The position numbers were made by a program, and so were the translations under genes. DNA of 62,246 nucleotides, the filler included, from Porpidia crustulata (taxonomy: Eukaryota): assembly GCA_964255105.1 (NCBI GenBank). It is 6 parts of 6 records of this genome, joined end to end, with 100 filler letters (N's around TTAATTAATTAA, not from the genome) between each part and the next. Parts side by side here need not be neighbours in the genome. Positions count along the whole stretch, not along the records: positions 1 to 10,319 come from CAXUWE010000792.1; positions 10,420 to 20,716 come from CAXUWE010000794.1; 4 more parts are not named here. One strand, 5' to 3'. Within the stretch, counting starts at the first letter, position 1. Every line of letters begins with the position of its first letter. The notes beneath the pieces were generated by a model that ran no database searches, was not told the DNA's origin, and worked only from the letters and a program-made list of their open reading frames with translations. Positions 1 to 12,559 of the stretch are shown piece after piece.

Positions 1-31
1 GTTGTGGGGGGTGGGGGGTGTGGATGCTTAC

Positions 32-59
32 TGGTTTGTGGTGTGGAGAGGGAGGACAT
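32..59 (-). CDS. Possible first micro-exon of a gene running off the contig start (MSSLSTPQT...)
   Basis: Minus strand aacATG at 59, nine codons, then a GTAAGC donor at 31; C-rich 5' flank as in other genes here. Product unknown. Confidence 0.35.
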
Positions 60-164
60 GTTGGGGGATTTTTGGTGAAAGAGTTGGAGAGGTAGGAGGA
101 ACTGTGGGGGTGGGATGTTGGGTATGTGTATGTAAGGTGGTGATGGTTGTGAGATGGCAAATTG

Positions 165-189
165 GATGTCGATGTCGATGTCGATGTCG
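165..189. repeat. (GATGTC)n hexamer microsatellite, about 4 copies
   Basis: gatgtcgatgtcgatgtcgatgtcga read directly. Confidence 0.85.
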
Positions 190-557
190 AATTGATTCCT
201 AAGCGGCAAATTGGGCCCGTGGAGCCGATGCTGAACTGATGGAAGTAGCCCTAACCCTAGCATGGCTGATCCGTTGAGGGGTGAAAACTAGTAGCGATGC
301 GCTTAAGTTCTGCTGTCGTCTCAATTACTTGCTTCTGTCGAGCTCTTTAAGGCACCCACCTCAGATTCCTTGTATATGCTTATCGTTTTAACGCAGCTCG
401 ACTCTACAACCTAACAGGCCTAGCAGGATCTTCGATCTAATAAACTGAATACTGTTGGTATGCAAGCAGATAAGATGACTCACTCGATAGTGTTCAAGAT
501 GTACTTAAAGCCCGGCGAAGGGCCGGATCGTTCAAAGGTTCGATTTATACTGGCGAC

Positions 558-1239
558 ATGTCTGCGTCATTGTTACCAGGAGACCATACTATCTCATTCA
601 AAACCGAAAGACTTTTACTCCGTCCGATGCGCATGGACGACGCCGATGATATCTTCGCAATGAGAAGCAACCCAAAGGTTTATTCCTGGACGTGAGTTAA
701 GACGGAAAACTTTCGATATCATAGTCTTATGCCCGAGTAATTACAGTACTCCCGACAGCGATATATCGCAGACTCTAGAGGTGATAAAGGGCCGTTTGGC
801 CTCTCCGCTATGCTTCAATTTCAGCGTCGAGCTTTTGCCTATCACTGAAGTAGAAGCGGCCGAAGTTGACGCCCGGAAATCTTCAAGTCAGGGCTCGCGG
901 AGGGTAATAGGCCTATGTGGTGGACACACACTTCCAGAGATAGGCTATGTGTTTGACCCTTCGTACTGGGGCCGAGGCTATGCCACTGAAGCCCTGAAAG
1001 GTTTTCTTAAAATCTTCTGGGAGACCTGGCCTCAGGGACATCCTTCTATGAAAAATCAGGAAGAAGAATGCCTGATGGCGATAACTGGGATGGACAGTTA
1101 CGCCAGCATGGCGGTCTTAAGAAAGTGCGGGTTCGAGTATTGGAGAGACGAAAACGAAATGAGAGACACGGGAGAAATAGAAGTACTTCGCGTTTGGAGG
1201 CTTTTGAGGCCGAGGTCTGTCATGGAGGTGTTGCCATAA
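558..1239 (+). CDS. GNAT N-acetyltransferase, RimJ/RimL-like (2 exons: 558-691, 747-1239; 208 aa)
   Basis: Exon 1 MSASLLPGDHTISFKTERLLLRPMRMDDADDIFAMRSNPKV; GTGAGT...CAG intron 692-746; exon 2 has EIGYVFDPSYWGRGYATEAL (acetyl-CoA motif A) and ASMAVLRKCGF. Confidence 0.85.
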
Positions 1240-1446
1240 AGAGCGTCTTACTGTTCTTATATTTGCAAAAGGCCTCAATCTATCGTAAAATAGCGTGTAT
1301 AATGTCAAGATAGTGGAGATTCGCGGGTTGCCAACTTCAAAATAAATGGCTTTATGTAGTAAGACCCATTATGTTACATCAGTCTTATATGGTTCTGTAT
1401 ATGTTCGGTGCCTCCTGTGTGGGAATTTCTTCCCAGTATGATGGTA

Positions 1447-1973
1447 CCCCAACTTTCAGGATCCTGCCTCGCTTTTTAAATTTTCAGAAGTTTTTTTTTT
1501 TTTGGGATCGAAGGGATCAAAATCAGCTTTTCATGACACAGTGATCAAAGCTTTGTTGAATATCGTTCAAAATGACACAGATTGTAGATCACATGTAGTT
1601 TCATATGTACACGCAGTTACATGAAATTTTAGCTTCATGTTGTTGATGTATATAACTGAATTCATGATGTGTACAGCGTTCAGCGTGTCGCAAAATCGTG
1701 CTGCAAATTGAACCTCGGCTCATTTTTACACAGCGTACTCACACAGCTTGACTTCATGAAATCAGTATTACATCAACAACACGAGACTAGAATTGTATAT
1801 AACTGCGTGTACGAACGAAACAATATGTAATCTATAATCTGTGTGATTTTAAACGATATGTAACAAAGCGTTCATCACTGTGTCGTGAAAAGATGATTTT
1901 GACCCCTTCGATTCAAAAAAAAAAAAAAAGTTCTGAAAATTTCAAAAGCGAGGCAGGATCCTGAAAGTTGGGG
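1447..1973. mobile_element. Non-autonomous foldback/MITE element with ~220-bp imperfect terminal inverted repeats and TA flanks (Tc1/mariner-type target site)
   Basis: Left end CCCCAACTTTCAGGATCCTGCCTCGCTTTT is the exact reverse complement of the right end for 30 bp; arms ~1447-1667 and ~1754-1973 keep aligning (poly-T vs poly-A, gacacagtgat/atcactgtgtc); TA at 1445-1446 and 1974-1975; AT-rich, no ORF. Confidence 0.85.
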
Positions 1974-2136
1974 TACTAGATAATCTGTGGTTTCCTCATG
2001 CAGAGCATGCACAACATTTCAAAGGCAAGCGAAATGCCAAGCACCCCACAACCCCATACAAACACCTCCGAATCTATGAGCCCTAATAGCTAGTGATTTG
2101 CGACTGTGAAGATACTACCCCTAGACTATCGCCTTC

Positions 2137-3489
2137 ATGGCAACAGCGCCAGATACGAAAGCCTCTACCGACGCCCAAGAACCTAATAACCCCAAAGATA
2201 CCAGAGAACCCCTCAACCGTCCGACCTCTGACTTGACCACCCACTTCATTCTTTCGACCTCTTCGCTCCGCCTAGACAACGCCTCGGACATTCAACCCCA
2301 CATTCAACCTCTAATCAATTCTACTACAATCACTTCAATTCACCTGAGCGGCAATACTCTAGGGGCTCCTGCATGCGCCCACCTCGCACCACACCTGTCG
2401 TCCCAGAAAGAACTTCAAACCGCTAATCTCGCCGACATATTTACATCTCGACTACTCTCAGAGATCCCTCCCGCCCTATCTTCCCTCCTCACCGCTTGCC
2501 TAAAGCTCCCAAACCTCCATACCATCGACCTCAGCGACAATGCTTTTGGCCTGAATACTGTAGCCCCCTTGGTCGATTTCCTAAAAGATCATGTTCCATT
2601 GAAGCGTCTGAGGCTCACCAACAATGGACTAAGCCCTGAAGCTGGGATAAAAATTGCGGATGCGTTGACAAACCTAGCTAAGAGGAAGGAGGAAGCAAGA
2701 AAGGAGGGTCGTAATGTTCCAAACCTAGAAGCCATAATATGTGGCCGCAATCGCCTGGAGAGTGGAAGTATGAAGGCCTGGGCTCGGACATATCAAGCAC
2801 ACAAACATATCAAGGAAGTCCGTATGACCTCAAATGCCATACGTCAAGAAGGCGTACGGTTGCTACTTCGAGAAGGCTTAAAAAGCTGCCAAGAACTAGA
2901 AATTCTGGATCTTATGGATAACACGTTCACACTCTCTGGGGCCCAAGCCTTGGCGGAGGTTGTAGGCGGCTGGAATTCCCTCGCTGAACTAGGCGTAGGT
3001 GACTCCCTGCTCACTAGCCGAGGCACAGTACTTTTAGCGGAGGCGCTGGGCGAAGGCGGAAATAGGAACCTGAAGACGCTGAGGGCGCAGTACAATGAGA
3101 TTGACGCGAAGGGCGTGAAGGCACTCTTTGTAGCTGCGGAAAAGGGCGGGCTCGAGGGGTTGATGAGGGTGGAGCTGAACGGAAATAAATTCTCTGAGGA
3201 CGATGAGGGGGTGGAGGGTCTGAGGACGTTATTGGAGAGAAGGAAAGAGGAATCTGGGGTCCATGGAGGGGAGGCGGAGTGGGGCATGGATGAGCTGAGT
3301 GACTTGGAGGAGGAAAGCGACGAGGACGAAGAAGAGGACGGATACGACGAGAAGGAAGACGAGGATGAAAAGGAAGCGGAGAGGGAGGAGATCCTCAAGG
3401 AGGCCGATGAGGAGGAAGGGGAGGAGGTGTCGCAGAAGAAGGACGGAGATGTGGATGCACTGGTGGAGAGGTTGGGGAAGGCCCTTTAG
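2137..3489 (+). CDS. RNA1: Ran GTPase-activating protein (RanGAP), single exon, 450 aa
   Basis: LRR protein with LADIFTSRL (catalytic Arg region), DLSDNAFG, ICGRNRLESGS, LELNGNKF and an acidic D/E C-terminal tail. Confidence 0.95.
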   Translation: MATAPDTKASTDAQEPNNPKDTREPLNRPTSDLTTHFILSTSSLRLDNASDIQPHIQPLINSTTITSIHLSGNTLGAPACAHLAPHLSSQKELQTANLADIFTSRLLSEIPPALSSLLTACLKLPNLHTIDLSDNAFGLNTVAPLVDFLKDHVPLKRLRLTNNGLSPEAGIKIADALTNLAKRKEEARKEGRNVPNLEAIICGRNRLESGSMKAWARTYQAHKHIKEVRMTSNAIRQEGVRLLLREGLKSCQELEILDLMDNTFTLSGAQALAEVVGGWNSLAELGVGDSLLTSRGTVLLAEALGEGGNRNLKTLRAQYNEIDAKGVKALFVAAEKGGLEGLMRVELNGNKFSEDDEGVEGLRTLLERRKEESGVHGGEAEWGMDELSDLEEESDEDEEEDGYDEKEDEDEKEAEREEILKEADEEEGEEVSQKKDGDVDALVERLGKAL

Positions 3490-3830
3490 AAGACAGCATT
3501 ATTTTCAAGGAGGGGTCTTTCTGGAATCCATGGAGTACTAGACTTTAGATATTCTTGCATATGGTCTGCATTCTCTTCGCTTCGTGTACTTCTCCGGATT
3601 TCCTCCAGCATTGGATGGCCATTCGCTACCTGTCAGCCATCTTGATACATCCTGTTCACCTTTGCAAGAGTTGCTATTTAGTTTCGGCGCTAGCTGCTTT
3701 TAGCGTAGTACAACCGGACCCTCGGACACTCCGATCTGCTTACAAAACCGACTTCTCTCCGCTTCAACCCGGACTGTGATTAAACAGTATATATATTGGC
3801 TCGCCAACATCCTTTCAAGGGGGAGCGACA

Positions 3831-5000
3831 GTGTCTCTCTCAGCTGCTGAGGTGATTCGGTATTCTGCATTCCGGATGTTGTCTGGGACTTTCTTCCTAC
3901 GAGCAGTGGCCAGGTGCCTGTAGCCGAAGATAGAAGAAAGCTTTCCGATATAGCATATGAGGTTCATGGCAACCGCTTAATTCATGCTGTGGTCCCTAGA
4001 AAACTGTTTCTATTTGGTTACCCCTACATCGCCCGTCTCCTACTGGGGATTAAGACAAGACCTTGCAAAGTCCTTGGATGCTAAGAAATCGCATCAGTGC
4101 ATTACGGGCCTGGCCGGCTTCAAATGGTATTGGCAGCAATACACCAAAGCCTTCGGAAATGAGTAGATTTAAAACCATTCCAGCTTGGTTCTTGATAACA
4201 GGGCATGTGCGAAAGAGATAAGCCTCCCACCCGATATTCTACTACTGAGATGGCCAAGGATACCCTGGCATTACTTGACAATATAGTCTGAATTGCAAAG
4301 AGACAGCTGCATGTCATACGTATTTCTAATGGGGGAAACGATAGCCTAAGAAATGGTATATCCTAACCATTTTGACAATCGTCCAAGTCTTACCATTTCA
4401 CAGGCCATTCTTGAATCAGACAGAATTACTTTTTTATCGCTACTCTCAACTGCAGCGCAACTTGTGAAGAGCATAGTATGTGATCGCTACGCCAAGTCTA
4501 CACCTTTTCGACTAGAGCACTTGGTAAAGTTATGTGGAGCATCTCCGGAACCGCATAAACATTCTGTAGTGACCTGCTTTGCCGTCTTGTCCCATTAATG
4601 GTCTGACCAAATCTAGTCTCCCGAAGTTGGTCAACGCCCAATTGACCAAAATCGAACCTCATGTGGGCGCTTCGTGGCTATCAGAGCCTGACGTGGAAAG
4701 TTCATTCCCTACGCTTATGATAAATTTTCTGCATTGGAGGTAAAGAAAAGAAGGGACTTTCAAAGGTTTGACCCGTACTGAATTTTTGTGTCTGTTTGTT
4801 GCTGCTGCGTGACATGTTAAAAGTAATGAGCAGCTGAAACAGGTGGCGGACAAGGTAGGTGGAAATCGAATCCAGGCCATACATGGGACGATTGACAATC
4901 TGATTACGCTACCGTACGTCAAATATTATCCAAGAGGCTGAGAGGAGAAGCGCAAGTGGTAAAGAAGTCTTGTTTGAGGAAAGGAGCTATTATCTTCGTT
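3831..5000 (+). pseudogene. Alpha/beta hydrolase pseudogene (boundaries approximate)
   Basis: Fragments across frames: IAYEVHG..; ITGLAGFKWYWQQYTKAFGNE*; SSLVLDNR/GMCERDKP..RYSTTEMAKDTLALLD..*..RQLHVIRIS/MGETIA*E (decayed G-x-S-M-G-G elbow); AAA*HVKSNEQLKQVADKVG..IHGTIDNLITLP. Several stops and frameshifts. Confidence 0.8.
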
Positions 5001-7232
5001 GAGGTCTAACGCCTTGGTTGCTCGGATCATACCTCACGAGTTTATGCTTCTAGGATGCGACTGGGTGAGGTCCAGATCCTCTTCGACTCTTCGACACCTC
5101 GACGGGTGAACACGATTAATTTTAGTCTTAAGAGCACCTAGATATCAGATGACAAGAACGTTTCGCCTGGCAAGACATATCATGAGCCTTAACTAGTCTG
5201 AAGGACCACCACTGGACATCAAGAGAAAGACTAGCTCTTTGATTGTGTATCAAGGCCAACAGATGTCTCAGTAGAGATATCGACATGGAACAATATTCGT
5301 CATGTTTGTAAAAACCCTCTTACCTCCAACCGTGTCCAACTCCTCGTCAAGTCCTTGCATTTCTTGATCAATGATGTGGCCCAACCGTTCACTCCTAGAT
5401 GGTAGAACCTCCATATCAGCATGCTGATAATGATTGGATGTCTTCCACCACGCCAATGTGGTACTATACTGGGCAACGGTACTTCGGAATGGGTGTTCTG
5501 GCAATCGAAGACAAGGTCCAAGGTCCAATTTATTCAGTGGCCCCCGGGACCAAGTCCTGACGTGGCTTCATTACTAACGGTCTGTAGTGATTGAGAAGCG
5601 TAGGGTAGGATGGTTCTTTTTACTCCTTATGATTTATTACGAAGCAATTTGATCTATGCCAAGCATGGAAAGTACTTCTGTGCTTTGCGATGCACCAATT
5701 TTTTTCCTCACGAACCTACTCAGATGAAGCTGCCGCTACGGCATGCTACAAATGATGTCTCATTTATCTTCTGTTCTCGTGACATCAATCATGGTCTTCC
5801 TCTATGTTTACTACAGCATTCGTCTCAATAGCGAAATTTCTATCATGTAAGTCTATGTTCAACGTTTAAATCCTGGATGAGGCCACGCAGGATATTCTTC
5901 GCACAGTATGATGCATCTCACTAAATCTGCATTTCTTTGATCGAACCTACACTTCTTTTCATTTATGGGAGGTTCCACTCGACCGCGAGCAACATATTAA
6001 ATGGGAGATCCTCAGAAACACCACGACCAGTAAGTACCAAAAGCCACGAGCGAGAAATAGAAGGCGCTCGGGTGGAGAGGGAGATAGCATCCACTAGGAG
6101 CTAGGAGACCTTGAGGGCTATTCTGAACGTATCCAATGAACTTTGAGATATTAGTAAGCACTCGACGCTCTCTACAACCCAAGCTATGCCGCCAAAAACA
6201 TGGGTTCGAACCTATCAATGATGTCATGTTAGCATACATCCATATAATGTATCACAGGATACAGGGCATGCACATCGCGCAAGAAGGAAGCTCCGAGATG
6301 AAGCTCAAGACACTCATGCGCATCTGCTCCGGAATGTCTACTACATGGAAGCGGTCCGGTCTGGGCATCATGAAATTGGCATTTATCGCGCCTTGGCCGC
6401 GGGTCCGAGTCTTGAACACAGACATAAGCCCAAAGCCGTTCCCTGTATATTCGGACGCTGCCCTAGGTATGGCTAGACCTTTCTCGCCTATCACGACAGC
6501 AGAGGGAACGGGATCCTTCACTGTACGGGTACATGCACTGCATCCGAAAAAACAGTGATGTATGATAGGCAAGGAACGACGGAGGCATGCAAGAGAATTG
6601 CTATCGCGACGTGTCGACTCATTCATTGGGCATGGTTGCGATTCATTACATACTCTACTGCATACTGCAAGCTGCAAGCTGCCGAGACAATCGATCTGGC
6701 TATCAAATTGGCGGGAATAGCTGCATGCTTCAACGAGTTGCACCGCCAAGAAGGTTGATCACCGCGGCGATCGCATCTGAATACGGTAAGAAGACGCTAC
6801 GAAGACGTTTTTTTCTTGTGATATGCAATGTAAAAGGATAACACGACGCGGAGTTTGCGTTATCTACCTTACCTACTTTAAACTGCAAGGAACCTAATCT
6901 CAATGTGGCAGTTGCCTTAGCTCGCTAAGACCTGGCTATTGATCAAGCATGTCAATTACTATCAATCGGACATGTACATCTCCATCTTCTCATGGGTATA
7001 CGTTGTTTTGTCATGTTGAGTTCTTTTGGTCTAGCACTGTATGTTACACAATCAAGCAACGATCTTCCCCCTCTCACGATAAGCCGACGAGAGTCTTGTG
7101 GTTCATCGTTCATTTATTCATTCATTTACATTATTGAGAAGGGGTGGTATAATATGTATAGATAGGGTCTGGATCCCACCTTTGTCCCATTCTTTCCCTT
7201 CCTTTCCTGTTCGAGCCAAGAAGTAATTCAGC

Positions 7233-10109
7233 ATGGGACTCTTTACTGAAAGATTTAAGTTCCGTCGGTCCGAGAATGCTGGCTCCACGACTGATGGGCA
7301 GCCGATTGCATCTGTAGGTTCGGGGTCAAGCTCGGGTGGTGTGAATGAGAAGGAAACAGGCATTACCTCTGGAGCTCAGGTCAGCGCTGAGACGGAGCTT
7401 GAGGCAAACCGTAAGATCGAAGGTTTTCAGAAGCAACATCAATGGGATCCCAACCTCCCACACGACACGCTTGAAGACCTCGATGACGCTACTCATACGG
7501 GTGATCTTGGGAAAGAGTTAGACCTAGTTCACGAATTTGAAGATAATTCGCCTTACCCAGAGGTCCGGGCAGCTGTTCGCAACGTAAGTGTTCCCATCGT
7601 CTAGGAGCTTTGTGATTACTGAACTGCCTCTGTAGTATGACGAGGACATGCCCGCAAACACCATTCGAGCTTGGGTGATTGGATTGCTCCTTACTACACT
7701 TGGCTCTGGTCTTAATATGTTGTTCTCCATGCGCGCACCTCAGCTTATCATATCATCGCTCGTGGCCCAGCTAGTCGCATGGCCGATCGGATTGGCATGG
7801 CAGTACAGTTTGCCCAATCGTCAATTCAGAATAGGTAGGCTCAAGTTCAACTTGAACCCAGGACCCTTCAACATGAAAGAGCATACCGTGATTGTCGTCA
7901 TGGCAAACTGTACATTCGGTACTGGACCGGCCTACGTAAGTCGCTTTCATAAGTGTCATGATCACATGAGAATAGGTGAAGTTGTTTGATAACTTTGTTT
8001 CGCCGTGGGAATGGTCCATCGATCTATCCAAGAGCTTCGGGCCTATTGTAAAGGTCCACTGCTAACACCGAAACCTCCAGGCAACTGATACCATTCTCGC
8101 GCAGCGAGCGTTCTACAAGCAGAATCTAGGATGGGGCTTCAACTTACTCCTGTGCCTGTCCACGCAAATGATCGGCTGTGAGATTATACCTCGCCTCATC
8201 ACAAAAGCCGGAAACTGATGAACACACAGATGGAATTGCAGGAATCTTGCGGAGGTTCTTGGTCAAGCCCGGTTAGTAGTCTGTTCCGTTGATGCAGATC
8301 ATGTCAGCTGACTTGAGCCAAGCTGCTATGATTTGGCCTTTTAATTTGGTCAATACTGCGCTATTCTACGCTCTCCATGATCACTCAGTGAGCGATCCGT
8401 CCAAGGCAAATGGATGGAAGATCTCCAGATATCGATATTTCTTCTACGTGTTCCTTGGCTCGTTCGTGTGGTACTGGTTCCCCGGCTGGATTGCTCAGTT
8501 TCTCTCCGTTTTTGCCTGGGTCACATGGATCAAACCGAACAATGTTGTGATCAATCAGCTTTTTGGAGGCGTCAGCGGGATCTCGCTGCTACCTATCACT
8601 TTTGACTGGACTTATATTGCTGGCTATATCTTTTCGCCGCTGGTTTCTCCCTGGTATGCCATTGCTAATACTTTGATCGGCATGTTTGTCTTCTTCTGGT
8701 TTACAACCATTGGCATTCATTATAGCGGTCATTGGTGGAACGCTTATTTACCTATAAGTGACTCCAATTCTTATGACAATACCGGACACACCTATAATGT
8801 CACCAGAATTTTGACACCGAAGTACACTTTTGATGAGGCCAAGTACAAGGCCTATTCGCCGCTGTTCCTGTCTACAACTTTTTCTCTCGCGTATGGGCTC
8901 TCCTTTGCTGGAATCTCGGCCGTCATCGTCCATACTGCTCTCTTCCATGGCAAGGAAGTTTATCACCGTTTCAAAGCGTCAAGAGCCGATGAAGAGGACG
9001 TTCACACCCGTCTGATGCGCAAATATCCAGAAGCTCCGGACTGGTGGTATGGTGTCATGCTAGTAGTCATGACTGGCTTCGCTTTTGCAACGATTTATGC
9101 TTACCCAACCTATCTGGCTTGGTGGGCATTAATCATTGCTCTTTTGATTTCTCTCATATGGTCAGTCCCAATCGGCATGATCTATGCTTTCACCAACATC
9201 GAGTTGGGTCTGAATGTGTTTACCGGTACGTTCGTGCAGCTCTAAACTGCAGTGTGAAGCTAAAGCCCTATCAGAGTTCATTATCGGATACATGCAACCG
9301 GGCTTGCCCACGGCAATGATGCTATTCAAGACTTACGGCTATATTACTATGTATCAAGCCCTCGCCTTTGTCCGAGACCTCAAACTGGGCCACTACATGA
9401 AGGTTCCTCCCCGTACAATGTTGTAAGTTTGCGCTTGGTCTTCTTTACCTTTTAATGGCATCGCTCATTCTTCACCAGTGCTGCCCAGACGGTCGCAACA
9501 ATCTGGTCCTGCTTCGTCCAAGTCGCCGTCTTGGAATGGGCCCTCGGCGCCATCACGGACGTATGCTCTTCGACCCAAGTCTCCCACTTCACCTGCCCCA
9601 ATGGTCGTGTCTTCTTCAACGCTTCCATCATCTGGGGCCTTATTGGCCCCGGCCGCATCTTTTCCCCCGGCCAAATTTACAGCTCCCTCATGTACTTCTG
9701 GATTGTTGGTGCCTTCACCCCCGTCCTCTTCTACGTCTTGGCTCGCACCTGGCCCAAATCTAACCTGCGCTACCTCAACGCCCCCATCATTTTCTCGGGC
9801 ACAGGCGCACTGCCCCCTGCGACCCCGCTCAACTACCTTCCCTGGGGCTTTGTCGGCTGGCTGTTCAATAAGTATATTAAGGATAGGTACCGTGGCTGGT
9901 GGATGCGCTATAACTACTTAACGTCGGCGGGCCTCGATATCGGGCTGGCCATCTGCACGATTGTCATTTTCCTGACACTGCAGCTGACCGGGACGAAGGC
10001 GCCGCAGTGGTGGGGGAACACAACCGCGTTGAATACGACTGACATCAGGGATAAAGCGATCCAGAAGGTTTTGCCCAAGGGGCAGACTTTTGGACCAAAG
10101 GTCTGGTAA
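7233..10109 (+). CDS. OPT-family oligopeptide transporter (isp4/OPT-like), multi-exon
   Basis: OPT signatures SPYPEVRAAV, NPGPFNMKEH, DLKLGHYMKVPPR, FFNASIIWGLIGP, WWMRYNYLTSAGLD; canonical short introns (donors at 7584, 7936, 9423 among others); many TM segments. Confidence 0.95.
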
Positions 10110-10319
10110 GGGATAGGGCGAGGTAGTTGCGTCTGAGAAGTGGAAAGGGGGGGATGAAATAATTTGGGAAAGTGGTGGGAATTGCAGAGTGGCTTTGACG
10201 AAATCACGAAATGACGCTATACTTTACGCACTACCAATCTCACATTTCCATCGGTCTTCGCCGTTCCAAATGACCCTCGCTATGTAATTATCAATACCCC
10301 CTCTTCCTCCTCACTAGGC

Positions 10320-10419
10320 NNNNNNNNNNNNNNNNNNNNNNNNNNNNNNNNNNNNNNNNNNNNTTAATTAATTAANNNNNNNNNNNNNNNNNNNNNNNNN
10401 NNNNNNNNNNNNNNNNNNN
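10320..10419. other. Artificial contig linker (N44-TTAATTAATTAA-N44)
   Basis: 100-nt spacer with a palindrome giving stops in all six frames; identical at five positions. Confidence 0.98.
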
Positions 10420-10869
10420 GCCCAAAGGTAGACCAAAAGGAAAGGATTCCGAGCAGTGCTCGGCCTCTGCCTTCACTTCCGCTCATCTTCGGCACCTTCA
10501 GTAACAACAAGGACGGGACGTACGATGAAGGAAAAGATCAAGCGAAAGCCGACGACATTTATTCGACGAGCTCGTGGCCCTGCATTCAGTGTTTATGATA
10601 TTATTAATAGATTAATTAATGTTGCAAACGAGCTTACTCCATCGACAGAATAATTGAAGAAGTCACAACCCATACACCTCATGAATTTGTATGTTATTCG
10701 AGCAATCCACTGTCCAGTGTCTAACGCGTACGGCTAAACTTGAAAATACCCTAGATTTGTATCAGATTGTAGACCTGGATTCATTCAGTACCTTTTCAAG
10801 ACTTTTGGAACATAATTCGTGTTCTCATTATCGAAAGCTTGGCCCCTGTGCCACACCATTTCACATATC

Positions 10870-12559
10870 CTATCCGATGTAAATGGGCAATTCGCTGTCC
10901 CAATACCGTGCCGGCAGCACTCCCACTCCGTGCAAGTTGTCTATCTGCCGTCCGAGGTCATGACATCTCCACCAGCAGAATGCACGGAGCACCATAACGA
11001 ACCAAGCCTCATGTACCAGGTCGTCTTGACCTTTGAAGCCTCTCCGCCGCATCTTTTCAACCACGCCAGGCAAGTAGTCGAAGTATAGGTGCATACCCTC
11101 GGCCTCGATACTGCGCATGCCAAAGCTATCACGGGTCTTACCATCGTGGATACGTGACCAGGCGTCTGACCAGTAATTGACAGCGTGAGAGATGTGGCTA
11201 GCCACAAGATCAAAGTAGTGTAATTCGAATGTGGCATCGAGTTGGATGAAGTAGGCGGTTGCTGCGTCCTACACACTGTGAGCTGCTTCAAGAAAGGGAA
11301 GCGTACGAGGGTTCAACTGTTCGCTTGCACGGGTTTCGAATTCCCATTCGGTGGGGAAAGTGGCTCTTAGTATTCATACTGTTGCAAAACCCAACTTACC
11401 TGGCCGGAAGTACCACGACTTGTTCGTTCTGTGATGTACTGGTCAAGGCGATGGCGAAATACCACAAATCCTTCCCTGTGGCTTGTCAGACCAAAGGACT
11501 GTTTCATCGGTGCGGTAGTCGGATAACTGAGGATGCGCGCCGGCGGATCATCGGTGCTGTGAGCGGAATGATATCTGAAAATCCGCGCGCGTAATGCTCG
11601 TCCCATTTCTCGGCAAGAAGGTGCTCTATATTGCCCAAGGTTTCAGTTGCTTTGCCAGTAGGATCTAGAATCTCCATAGTCGCAAGAATCTCATTCGATG
11701 TTCCTACTTTGAAGGAAGGAACATTAAGGACATCGCAACCCGGTAAGATACCGAAGGCCATTGTATCGGCCTCGCGAGTTGGGACATATAAATTAGCGCT
11801 TGAGTATGATTTGCCGCTGAAACCGAACAGCGACGACAAAACCCCTGGTCCTCTGCTGTGCTGATAATGCAGAACTAGACCGATCGATTTGGCAAACGTC
11901 GATGTGATGATATGCCCATTACCCTCAGCCCTCATAACGCCATCCTCGGGGCGAAAGGTCGTCCACGACATTCCTAGCCTCCGCGCCATGGTCGCAATGT
12001 GAGAAACCGTTGTTGCGGCTACAGGACGTACGACGTCAGGCGAAACAAATTTCCACGATCTTTCTCGCAAACGCATGGCTGGGCGAATCTGCAATCCTTG
12101 TTCGCTGTTGGTTCCATCCACCGAGTGGTAGTTGTAGTATCCAATCCTTTGTAGAGAGATCTCATTCTGGTGAAGAGCTCGCAAAAATGGAAGCCAACAG
12201 ACCATTTCGTCACTTTCGTTTTCGATGATCCGGGAGACGTCCATGTGCCCTGATACGTAGCTGATCCCGTCGCTGGGAGAAGCTATTACACTTCTTTTCT
12301 CGTCTTGGGACGTGTAAAATGGTATAAGAAGTATTTCCGGGGTCGTGAAGAATGTTTCAAAGCGAAATTGGCCCCATCGCCACCTCAAGCGCGTGAGTCT
12401 TGCCCAGGGCCCCATAACAGAAGCCTGGCATTGTCGATAGCCTTCAGCAGTAGAGTAATATTGCATGAATAATTGACTTGAAGAAATGAGTATAGCACAG
12501 ATTGCCACAGTAATTGCTACTATGCTGACTCTGGTATCTATTGGAAAACTATTGCTCAT
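10870..12559 (-). pseudogene. Modin-like (Podospora MOD-A-related) membrane-anchored protein, disrupted in its C-terminal third
   Basis: N-terminal TM then QLFMQYYSTAEGYRQCQASVMGPW..RWRWGQFRFETFFTTPEI; C-terminus AWFVMVLRAFCWWRCHD..DSELPIYIG*. Frameshifts near 11515, 11370 and 11278 and a TAG at 11269-11271. Family name from recalled motifs. Confidence 0.65.

Noticed and set aside
249..260. CCCTAACCCTAG telomere-like motif
   Set aside because: Under two full units and internal; at most a promoter element.
2844..3398. Long antisense ORFs (also 31212-31997, 33927-34610, 52030-52392, 61678-62118)
   Set aside because: Shadows of real genes with biased codon use on the opposite strand; no motifs.
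5268..6841. Cluster of short ORFs between the hydrolase pseudogene and OPT
   Set aside because: No recognisable domain or coherent exon chain; may be a remnant but cannot be supported without BLASTX.
10364..10375. TTAATTAATTAA palindrome recurring about every 10.4 kb as a biological repeat or array
   Set aside because: Always centred in 88 Ns; it is an assembly linker.
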